From Cenarchaeum sp. (GTDB lineage: Archaea > Thermoproteota > Nitrososphaeria > Nitrososphaerales > Nitrosopumilaceae), in contig CBDESU010000001.1 in the NCBI GenBank assembly GCA_965242695.1, forward strand, positions 1,344,001-1,408,000: a stretch of 64,000 nucleotides of DNA, written 5' to 3'. Under the pieces are notes generated by a model. That model was given only the letters and a program-made list of their open reading frames with translations, did not search any database and had not been told where the DNA came from. Below are positions 9,264 through 19,200 of the stretch, piece after piece (the first letter of the stretch is position 1; every line of letters starts with the position of its first letter). The position numbers and the translations under genes were made by a program.

Positions 9264-9992
9264 GTGCAGGTGGCAAGGCAGGAACAGGAGATGGGCAGAG
9301 TCGCGCAAGGGAGCGGTCGCATGGTGGCAGTGGCAACGACCGCTGCCGGCGGCGTCGCCGAGTTCAAAGAGATGTTCGTCTCGCTCGTAGATCCGGCCGG
9401 CCTGCTTGACATGGAGGCGTGTGGCATGACGGCCGGCAGGATGGAAGAGGCGGCGTCAAGGACGGGGTACGAGGCAGGCGCCAAGATGGCATCCATCCTG
9501 TCCGACATGTTTGCCACCACTGACGACATTGCGGGCAGGCCCGTAGAGGACGGGTCGCTGGGCCACACAGGGATAGCGCACGGGTTCTTGATGGGCGTGC
9601 TGCGCAGCACGGCGGAGGCGTACAGGGACGGCGGAAACGTAGAGCCTTTGGACGAGCTGGAGAATGCAAGGGCCATGATCGAGCTCCAAAGGTCCAGGGC
9701 CAACAGGTACCGCGAGCAGCTGAGGGCCGCCGGAGGGCCGCCCGGCGCGAGCCTGCCGTGGATCGAAAAGATGTATGTGGGCAAGCTATGCAGGGACGTG
9801 GAGAGGGAGGAGCAGGAAAAGATGCGCGCGCGGCGAAAAGAGCGCGGGGACGATCCCATATTCCCGCCAAAGGCAAAGACCCCGCGCGAGATTTGCGGGG
9901 AGTGCGCGGACGGGATATCCGGAACGGCGATACTGGAGATGATGAGGGGCGACATCCCCGACGGGTACGAGCTGGTGCGGGTTGAAAGATGA
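9264..9992 (+). CDS. Uncharacterised paralog family member B, candidate antitoxin upstream of PIN
   Basis: Tandem paralog of 8445-9179, directly upstream of the PIN gene. Confidence 0.8.
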   Translation: MQVARQEQEMGRVAQGSGRMVAVATTAAGGVAEFKEMFVSLVDPAGLLDMEACGMTAGRMEEAASRTGYEAGAKMASILSDMFATTDDIAGRPVEDGSLGHTGIAHGFLMGVLRSTAEAYRDGGNVEPLDELENARAMIELQRSRANRYREQLRAAGGPPGASLPWIEKMYVGKLCRDVEREEQEKMRARRKERGDDPIFPPKAKTPREICGECADGISGTAILEMMRGDIPDGYELVRVER

Positions 9993-10057
9993 CAGGCAGT
10001 AAAGCCAAGGCTTCCGGCGACCTGACCGGAGTTGGCTGCCTTTTCGTCGAGCTGAAA

Positions 10058-10657
10058 ATGAAGATGGGCGGCAGCGTTAATATCGTGTACGTGTACCTCG
10101 ACAGCAGCATGCTCGTGGCGCTGTTCGACCCCGACGACATGCACCATGTCGACGCGGTCAGAGTGTTCCATACGATGGTGAAGATGGGATACAAAATGAT
10201 CACCTCGCTGCTCGCAGTCATGGAGGCCGTCGCCGCTGTCCGCAAAAAGGCCGCAAGGTCGCACAGGTGCAAGTTGGAAAGCGCCGAGGAGCGGGCAGGC
10301 GTGGAAGCGCACATGCACAGCATGGCCGGCGGCATGGCCAAGTTTGTAGACGAGATGGTGGAGGAAAAAACCCTAAGGATCATGGATTTGAAGGGCAGGT
10401 CGCCCGACCTCGAGCTCCTGTACGGCAAGGTGCTCGAGCATGCCGGCAGCGTCGTGCCGGTTGCCAAGGGCGACAGGTTCAGGTACCGCGGGGTCGGATC
10501 GTGCGACTGGCTGCACTTTTGGCTCGCCCTGGTCTTGGGCGCGGCAATAATCTGCACGGCCGACAAGGCGTTCGCCGACATCCCCGGCAGGGACAAGGAG
10601 TTCGGCGGGATCGCGGTGCAGCTGACGTCCGAACCGCTCTCCACCCCGCTGGCCTGA
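10058..10657 (+). CDS. PIN-domain (VapC-like) ribonuclease
   Basis: VYLDSSMLVALFDPDDMHH...TSLLAVMEA...CDWLHFWLA...ICTADKAF, the PIN acidic-residue pattern. The start could be 9989, overlapping the upstream stop. Confidence 0.85.
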   Translation: MKMGGSVNIVYVYLDSSMLVALFDPDDMHHVDAVRVFHTMVKMGYKMITSLLAVMEAVAAVRKKAARSHRCKLESAEERAGVEAHMHSMAGGMAKFVDEMVEEKTLRIMDLKGRSPDLELLYGKVLEHAGSVVPVAKGDRFRYRGVGSCDWLHFWLALVLGAAIICTADKAFADIPGRDKEFGGIAVQLTSEPLSTPLA

Positions 10658-10874
10658 GCGCGGCCGTTCCGGCCGGCTCCGCGCTGTCGGGACAGAATTG
10701 CCCCGCGCAGAGACGGGGCGCGCGCCGGCCGCGCCCACGGCAGGGGCCCTGCCGGAGGGCCGGCATGCCTCGCGAGAGCCAAGAGGCGACCAAGTCCGGC
10801 CCGCGCGCCCGCCAGCCCGCGGAGCAGGGCCCCAAACCCCAAGGGTTTTAGGCGCGCCGGCGCGCGGCGGCCGC

Positions 10875-12143
10875 ATGGCCCGCTTCGAGCAGGACGTCGA
10901 CCTGAGGGGGCACATCGTCGACTCTGGGATACTCGGCAGGGTGTTTGCACTGATAATGGACGCAGGCTGCGAGTTCGAGGTCGTCGACATGCGCATAGGC
11001 CGCCGCAAGTCCGACCAGAGCGCCGCGCGCCTGCGCATACAGGCCGGCTCGCAGGAAGAGCTAGACCGCATAGTCGGGCTGGCGTACAGGGAGGGGGCGA
11101 CGGCCGACGAGCCGGCCGAGGCGAGGCTGGTGCCGGCCCCGCGCGATGCCGTCATGCCCGCCGGGTTCTACTGCACGACGAACAACCGCACGCAGGTGAG
11201 GTTCGGCGGCCGCTGGATCGACGTCGACCGCATGATGATGGACAAGTGCATTGCGGTGCGCGGCGCGCGCGCGACGTGCCTGCCCGTGCGCGACGTCAAA
11301 AAGGGCGACCTTGTCGTCGTCGGCGACGGGGGCGTGCGCGTCGCGCCGCCCGAGAGGCCCCGCAGCGCCGGCAACATATTCGAGTTCATGGGCAGCGGCA
11401 GCTCTAGCGAGAGGCCGACGAGGCGCATGGCCCGGCGCGTCGCCGAGGACATGGACCGCACGAGGAGGGCCGGCGGCCGCATCGTAATGGTCGGCGGGCC
11501 GGCGATCGTGCACACCGGGGCCGCCGGCGCCGTCGCATCCCTCGTGCGCGGCGGCTTTGTGCACGGCCTGCTCGCCGGCAACGCCCTTGCCGTCCACGAC
11601 ATCGAGAATGCGACGCGCGGCACGTCGCTCGGCATGAGCGTCGAGGAGGGCATGCCCGTCCCCGACGGGCACCGCAACCACATGGACGCCATAAACGACG
11701 TGTTCAGGGCCGGCTCGATAAGGAGGATGGTCTCGTCCGGGCGCCTCGAGAGCGGCATCATGTACGAGTGCATCTCCAACAACGTGCCGTTCGTCCTGGC
11801 TGGGTCCATACGCGACGACGGGCCGCTGCCCGACGTCGTAACGGACGTCGTCGAGGCGCAGCGCAGGTACAAGAGGGTGCTCAGGGGCGCCGACATGGTG
11901 ATCATGGTCTCTACGATGCTCCACTCGATCGCCACGGGCAACATGATACCGGCCGACGTCAAGGTGATCGTCGTCGACATCAGCCAGCCGACGGTGACAA
12001 AGCTGATGGACAGGGGCACGTGGCAGGCGCTCGGCATAGTGACTGACGTCGGCGCGTTCCTGCCCATGGTCGCCGGCGAGGCGGCGAGGCTGGCAAGAAA
12101 GGGGGGCGGCCGGAAGAAGGAAAAGGGCGGCGGCCGGAAGTGA
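10875..12143 (+). CDS. TIGR00300-family protein (LOR/SDH-related; ornithine cyclodeaminase-like)
   Basis: GHIVDSG, FYCTTNNRT, FEFMGSGSSSERP, GNALAVHDIE, LAGSIRDDGPLPD, MLHSIATGN. Confidence 0.92.
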   Translation: MARFEQDVDLRGHIVDSGILGRVFALIMDAGCEFEVVDMRIGRRKSDQSAARLRIQAGSQEELDRIVGLAYREGATADEPAEARLVPAPRDAVMPAGFYCTTNNRTQVRFGGRWIDVDRMMMDKCIAVRGARATCLPVRDVKKGDLVVVGDGGVRVAPPERPRSAGNIFEFMGSGSSSERPTRRMARRVAEDMDRTRRAGGRIVMVGGPAIVHTGAAGAVASLVRGGFVHGLLAGNALAVHDIENATRGTSLGMSVEEGMPVPDGHRNHMDAINDVFRAGSIRRMVSSGRLESGIMYECISNNVPFVLAGSIRDDGPLPDVVTDVVEAQRRYKRVLRGADMVIMVSTMLHSIATGNMIPADVKVIVVDISQPTVTKLMDRGTWQALGIVTDVGAFLPMVAGEAARLARKGGGRKKEKGGGRK

Positions 12144-13195
12144 GGGCCGCGTTCGTCGAGGAGCCTGGCAGGGTCGGGGTGAAAGAGGCAGGCGGCGCCG
12201 GCGAAGAGGGCGGCATGGCAGTCGACATGGCGGCCTGCGGCATATGCGGCTCGGACGTCGAAAAGGTGTTCGGATCGTACGGGCAGCCGTCGATGCGCCT
12301 CGGCCATGAGCCGGCCGGCATTGTGGCCGACCCGGGGGCGGCCGGCGCCGAGGCGGGCTTTTCCTCGGGCGATCGCGTGTTCACGCACCACCACGTGCCG
12401 TGCTACGAGTGCCACCTGTGCAGGCGCGGCGCCGAGACGATGTGCCCAAGGTACTACGAGACAAACCTCTCGCCGTGCGGCCTGGCCGAGCGGTATACGG
12501 TCCCCGAGTGGAGCGTCAGGCGCGGCGGCGTCCTTGCGCTGCCCGGCTCCATGTCCTTCGAGGAGGCGGCCCTCATCGAGCCGCTCGCATGCTGCGTGCG
12601 GGCGTGGACGAGGGCCGGCGTGTCGGCGGCCGGAGAGGGCGACACTGTAGCCGTGTGGGGGATGGGCGCGACCGGAATGATGCACGCGATGCTCGCCCGG
12701 CACAGGGGCCTTTCCGGGTCCGTTTGCATCGACACCAACGAGGCCAGGCTCGGGTTTGCCGGGCGCGAGCTCGGCAGGTTCTGCGCGGCCGCGTGCGGGC
12801 CGGCAGATGCGGCCGACGCCGTCCGCTCTGCTACCGGTGGGAGGGGCGCTGACGTGTGCATTGTGGCGGCAGGCAGCATGGCCGCCCTGGAGGGGGCGAT
12901 CGGGGCGGCGAGGAGGGGCGGGACGGTCGTAATGTTCGGCGTGCCGTCAAGGGGAGACGGGCTGCGGCTGGACATGGCCGGCATGTACTCGAGAGAGGTG
13001 GCGCTGAGGTCGACGTACGCGGCCTCGGACAGGGACACGGCGGACGCGCTCGGCCTCATATCGTCGGGGGCGGTTCCGGCTGGGCGCCTTGTGACGCACC
13101 GGTTCGGGCTCGACGATGCGCAAAGGGCGTTCGAGCTGGCAAGGTCGGGCGGGGACGGGGCCGTAAAGATTGTCGTGACGGGGCCCCGTGCGTGA
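12140..13195 (+). CDS. Zn-dependent alcohol/polyol dehydrogenase (MDR family)
   Basis: CGSD, GHEPAG, CYECHLCRRG...C, EPLAC and GMGATG motifs; overlaps the upstream stop. Confidence 0.92.
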   Translation: MRAAFVEEPGRVGVKEAGGAGEEGGMAVDMAACGICGSDVEKVFGSYGQPSMRLGHEPAGIVADPGAAGAEAGFSSGDRVFTHHHVPCYECHLCRRGAETMCPRYYETNLSPCGLAERYTVPEWSVRRGGVLALPGSMSFEEAALIEPLACCVRAWTRAGVSAAGEGDTVAVWGMGATGMMHAMLARHRGLSGSVCIDTNEARLGFAGRELGRFCAAACGPADAADAVRSATGGRGADVCIVAAGSMAALEGAIGAARRGGTVVMFGVPSRGDGLRLDMAGMYSREVALRSTYAASDRDTADALGLISSGAVPAGRLVTHRFGLDDAQRAFELARSGGDGAVKIVVTGPRA

Positions 13196-13222
13196 GAATG
13201 GAGGGCGTAAGGGCGGGCGCGG

Positions 13223-16200
13223 CTACCGCGGCGCCGGCGCGCCGGCGCACTCGGCCGTGTACTCTACGTGCTGGACTAGCCTGGTGGCGTTGACCTGGTC
13301 GTGCCCCGTCAGGTTGATCCTTAGCCACAGCGGCTCGCCCAGGCCGCCGCCAAGCCCCTGCGCCACGGCGGCGGGCAGCTGCGAGTACGCCCCGTCCTCC
13401 CCCGCCTCGCTAGCCACCGTAAGCGAGGCCGGCAGGGACGGGGCGCTCGGTCCGGGCCGCGGCGACGAGGGGTCGATGTACCACGGGGTCGCATCGAGCG
13501 CGACGCGGGCAAACGGCTGCGAGCCAGAGTTGGCCACGTCCTGCCTGGCCGCCTTGGAATGGGCGCCCGGCATCGCATCCACGGCCAGGGTTCCCGCGCC
13601 GAGGCGCAGCGAGCACGTATGGTATACGGGCGGCGGCGTGCCGCGCTCGGAGGCGACCGTGCCGAACCGCGTCAGGTGGTACGTGTAGACGACCAGGTCG
13701 CCGCCTTCAGAGTCGATCCGGCACTCGCCCATGCCGCCGAGCTGGAGGTGCACCCTGCCCGTGTCGTCGGCCGCGCACGCCATGTCGATCGGCTCGATTG
13801 TGCCGTTTGCCCCGCCGTCGATGTAGAACGCGCGGCCGGCGGCCTGGCCCTCGAGTGATATGCGGATGGGCATGTCGAACGAGATGCGGGCGTCCTCGTC
13901 GCCGATCTCGACGACCCTCTGCAGCACGACCGCGCCCGAGCCGCCGTATGCGAGCGCATCCCGTATGCTAGAGTTTGACGGCAGGTCGGTATCGACGGAC
14001 GCGTTGACTACGTGCAGGACGAGCCGCCGGTCGGCCGGCACGGACGTCGCCTCCACTCCGGGCGGGAACGAGACGGATGCGAACGACGTAGTCACTACGG
14101 TGGCGCTGCCGGACGGGAACCGCACCGCTCCGCCGGCAGTCCCGGCGCCAGGCAGCCCCGACACGTCGATCGTAATGCGCGCCTCGTCTCCCCTGCCGGT
14201 AAAGTTTCCCTGGCCGTCGACCCGGTCGGATCCGACGACGAATACGGGCGAGGTCGCGTTGCCGTTGGCGCCGGGGTCCGTCGCGTTGCCGTTGGCGCCG
14301 GGGTCCGTCGCGTTGCCGCCCGGCGTCTCGCCTCCGCCGTTGCCGCCGTTGCCGCCGTTGCCGCCCGGCGTCTCGCCTCCGCCGTTGCCGCCGTTGCCGC
14401 CCGGCGTCTCGCCTCCGCCGTTGCCGCCCGGCGTCTCGCCTCCGCCGTTGCCGCCGTTGCCGCCCGGCGTCTCGCCTCCGCCGTTGCCGCCGTTGCCGCC
14501 CGGCGTCTCGCCTCCGCCGTTGCCGCCGTTGCCGCCCGGCGTCTCGCCTCCGCCGTTGCCGCCCGGCGTCTCGCCTCCGCCGTTGCCGCCCGGCGTCTCG
14601 CCTCCGCCGTTGCCGCCGTTGCCGCCCGGCGTCTCGCCTCCGCCGTTGCCGCCGTTGCCGCCCGGCGTCTCGCCTCCGCCGTTGCCGCCGTTGCCGCCCG
14701 GCGTCTCGCCTCCGCCGTTGCCGCCGTTGCCGCCCGGCGTCTCGCCTCCGCCGTTGCCGCCGTTGCCGCCCGGCGTCTCGCCTCCGCCGTTGCCGCCGTT
14801 GCCGCCCGGCGTCTCGCCTCCGCCGTTGCCGCCGTTGCCGCCCGGCGTCTCGCCTCCGCCGTTGCCGCCGTTGCCGCCCGGCGTCTCGCCTCCGCCGTTG
14901 CCGCCGTTGCCGCCCGGCGTCTCGCCTCCGCCGTTGCCGCCGTTGCCGGTGGCATCTATTGTGATGCCCGATGCGCGCAGTGCATAGGGCGAGTCGGCCG
15001 GCGGCAGCCCGAGTTCCGCGTTGTTGCCGGCCGCGTCTTGCGCCGTCCCTGCAACCAGGGACAGGGCATCCTCGCCTTGGCCGTAGGCCAGCGGATCCGC
15101 GCTGTCGCCGGCATCCACCGCATGGCTGAACACGAGCGTCCGGCCGCGGTCCGACTGCCGCTCGTACCGGGCGGTCGCATCCTCCCCGCCGCCAAGCGCC
15201 AGCCTCAGCGACAGGTCGGCCCCGCTGGACAGGACGACCCGCTCGTCGAAGGCGACTGCGATCCGGATCGTGTCGCCCTCGCGGTACGGGGCTTCCCGGG
15301 GATCCGCATCCGTGACGCTCGCCACGCGCGGCGCGGCCGTGTCGATCCTGATGCCGGCCGTGGCGCCGAGCAGCCCCTGTCCGTCCGGCCGGGGCAGTCC
15401 CAGGTCGGCGCGTCCGGCGGTTCCGTCCGAGTCCCTAATGTCTCCGCCGTTGAGGACCAGGGCGCTGCTGTTGGCATGGCCGAGGCGGTCGGCGGCGTCG
15501 CCGTCGCCTACCGTATAGCGGAACTCGATCTCGGCATCGCCGTCGCTGTCTTCGACGTACGCCGCGCTCCGGGGCGGGTCGGTCGAGAGCCAGAGAAGGG
15601 GCGTGCCCGTCACGTCCACGGCCTCGGTAAAGGCCACGGTGACGTTGATTTTCGAGCCGGCCGCGTACGCGCCGCCCTCATCCGGCGAAAAGACGGACTC
15701 GACGGCCGGCGGCGTGTCTATTGTTATGCCCCGCCCGTGCCCGAGCGATCCCCCCTCGCCGGGGGCGGGCAGCTCCAGGTCGGCCGACACAGAGCCGCCG
15801 CTGCCCCGCGCGCCGGCATCCTCGACGAGGCCGCGCGTCACCAGGGCGCCCGCCCCCGCGTATTCCAGGCCGCCGCCCGCGTTGTCGCCCGGCCGCACCG
15901 TGTAGTTGAACACGAGCCTCGACGTGCCGCTGCCGTCCAGGTATCCGGCGGCCCCTTCGCGGCCGCCAAGGTCGAGCAGCAGGGAGGGGGGCGGATCAGC
16001 GACGGACACCGGCGCGTCGAACCCCACGGTAATGTTGATCGACTGGCCCGCTCCGTACTCGCCGTCCCGCAGCGACGCCGAGGCGTTTTCCACGGATGCG
16101 GGCGAGAGCCGGATCAGCTGGATGTCGTCGCCGCTGGTGCCGTCGGACGAGGTCACCATGGCGTACGTGCGGTTTGCCATGGCGAACACGGCGGTGCCGT

Positions 16201-19200
16201 AGGCGTCCCCGAATGCCGGAAAGTCCGCGGCGGCGGCAGAGCCTGCGGGGAGCGGCGCGCCGTCGTCGCGGAACCGCACCAGCTGGACGCCGTCGTCGTC
16301 GGTGGCCGCCACGGCGGCGAACGTCTGGCCGCCCATCTCAAAGGCGGCGATGCCCTGCGGGTTTGCCAGCCTCAGCCCGCCGGTGTCGACGAGCCGGTGG
16401 TCGGGGCTCGCCTCGGGCGTGCCGTCGTCGCGGATGCGCACCGCCTGGACGCCGTTGTCGCCTCCGCGCGCGGCGACGATGGCGTACGGGCTGCCGCCGA
16501 TCTCGACTGCCTCGATCGCCAGGGGGGCTGCGAGCGCCAGCGAGCCCGTGTCGGCGATCTGGTGGTCGGGGCTCGCCTCGAGCGTGCCGTTGCCGTGTAT
16601 CCGCACCACCTGGACGCCGTTGCCGTCGCGCGCGGCCACGGCGGCGTACGTGCGGTTGCCGATCTCAAAGGCGGCCACGTCGGAGGCGCCGGTGAGCCTC
16701 AGGCCGCTGCCGTCGGTAATCTGGTCGGCCGGCCTGAGCGTGTCGTTGCCCGGGTGCACCTCGAGCAGCTGGACGCCGCTGTCCCAGAGCGCGGCGGCGA
16801 TGACGAACGTGCGGTTGCCGATCCCGAAGGCGTCGACGCCGAGGGCGCCGAAGAGTTCGAGCGTGTTCGAATTGCTGCCGTCGCCGGCGACATTGTCGAC
16901 GAGCGTGAGCGACTCGTTGCCGGGGTGCACCTCGAGCAGCTGGACGCCGTTGTCGTTGAGCGCGGCGACGACTGCGAACGTGCGGTTGCCGATCCCGAAG
17001 GCGTCGACGCCGACGGCGCCTGCCAGCCGGTGGGTGGCGGCGTTGGTGTCTTCTATCTTGTGGGCCGCCTCGAGCGTGCCGTTCTCGTGCACCCGCACCA
17101 GCAGGGCGGCGCTCGGGCTGTACGAGGTGGCGACCGCGTACGTTCGGCCTTCCGCCTCGACGACCGCCGAGTGGCGCGCGCCGGCGAAATCCAGCAGGGT
17201 GTCGGCCGCTGCAGGGGCCGCGGCCGCAATCACCGGCAATGCGGCGCCGATCACCGCGATGTCGCTCCGGCCGGCCAGTGGGCCGTCCGGCCCCGGGGCG
17301 GGCAGCGTCCGGTTGGCCGCGTTGCCCGCCGCATCCCGTATCGCCGCGCCGCCGGCGGCTCCCAGGGACAGGGCGTTCCGGCCCGCATAGTCCAGGTCCG
17401 CCGCCCGATCGCCCGGCTGCACCGCGTACGCGAACGTCAGCTCGGTCGTGCCACTGCCCGAGGCGTACGTGGCGTTCCGGGGCGGATCGGTCGCAAGGCG
17501 CAGCGCGGGAGCCCCCTCGGCGTAGACGGTCTCGTCAAAGGATACGGCGATGTCGACGATGCGACCCGTGGCGTACGCCCCGTCCGCGCTCGGCGATGCG
17601 ATTCCCTCGACCGACGGCGCCCTGGTGTCGATTGTGATGTTCTTCGAGTGCCCGAGCGAGCCCTCGGCGCCCGGGACGGGCAGTACTACGATGGCGTCCG
17701 TGCCGTCGGACTGGTCGCGGACGGACGCGCCGCCGCCCAGGGACAGCCGAGTGCCCGCGTAGTCCAGATCGGACGCGCCGTCGCCGGGCTGCACCGTATA
17801 CCGGAACGTCAGCACGTTCGTGCCGGTGCCCTCAAGGTACGTTGCGTCCTGCGGAGGGTCGGTTGCCAGCGCCAGGCGCGGCACACCCGCGACGTCGACG
17901 GGGACGGTGAACCGGACGTCGATGTCGACGTGGCGGCCGGGCCCGTACGCGCCGTCTGCGTTGGGCGAGGTGACGTTGCGCGGGTACGCCGCCGTCGACG
18001 CGTCGATCCCGATGCCTCGCATGTGGCCGAGCGATCCCACCTCGCCCGGCTCGGGCAAGGACAGGCCCGCGTCCGCGCCCGGCGCCCAGGCCGCATCGAC
18101 TATTCGGCCGCCCGGGGATCCGGCGGCAAGGGCCGTCGTCCTCGCATACTCCAGGGCGGCGGCGCTGTCGCCCGGCTGCACGGTATACGCGAACTCGAGC
18201 AGCCGCGTGCCGTTCCCCGACACATAGTCGGCCGTGCGGTTCCCCCCGTCGAACGCGAGCAACAGGGAGGGGGGAGGCCCCAGGACGTCGACGGGCTTGT
18301 CGAATGCGACTGTAATCGGAATGCGGTAGTACGCAGGGTACGTCCCGTTCTGCAGGGGCGACGATACGGACAGCGCCTCGGCCGGCCGCGTGTCGACTAC
18401 AAGCGGATCCTTGGCCGCAAGCGAGCCTGGCTTGCCGTGTGCCGGCAGGGCCAGGTAGGCATCGGCCCCCTCTATGCCCGTTATGGATCCGCGCGTCGTC
18501 AGGGGCGTGGCCCCCGCGTACCCGATGCCGCCGACTGCAAGGTCACCCGGCCGCACCGTGTAGTTGAAAACGAGCGCATCCGTGTTGTTGCCCACGAGGT
18601 ACGGCGCCGACACGGCGCGCCCGTCAAGCAGGAGCGACAGGGACGGGGCGGAGCCGAGCACCCTGACGGTGCCGTCGAATTCGACCGTGACGTTGACATG
18701 GCATCCGACCCCGCACGTGTCGTCGGCCGACGATGCCGATACGTTGGTGGCGAGCGTGGGCGAGAGCCGGATCATCTGGAGGCCATCCGAATACGCGACC
18801 GCGGCGGCGTACGCTACGCCGCCTAGCTCGAACGCGGCGATGCCGCGGGCGCCGTTGAGCTCGGGAAAGCGCGGGCCGTCGGTGGCCGAGCCTATCCCCT
18901 CGAGCGTGCCGTCGGGGTGGATGCGGATCAGCTGGACGCCGTCGTCGTCGTACGCGGTCACGACGGCGTACGCGGCGCCGCCGAGCTTGAACGTGTCTAC
19001 GTGTGATGCGCCGCCGAGCTCGGGAAAGGCGGCGCCGTCGGTGGCCCAGGAGACCCCCTCGAGCGTGCCGTTCGTATGGATGCGTATGAGCTGGACGCCG
19101 TCGTCGCCTGACGCGGCCACGATCGCGTACGTCTTGTTGTCCATCTCGAAGACGTCGATGCCGCGGGCCCCGTTGAGCTCGGGAAAGGCGGCGCCGTCGC

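Noticed and set aside
14313-14948. 36-bp repeat array as a CRISPR
   Set aside because: No unique spacers; in-frame coding tandem repeat.
14012-18826. 1,604-aa plus-strand ORF, and many other long Arg/Ala/Pro-rich ORFs
   Set aside because: Antisense or alternate-frame shadows of real genes in high-GC DNA; no protein motifs.
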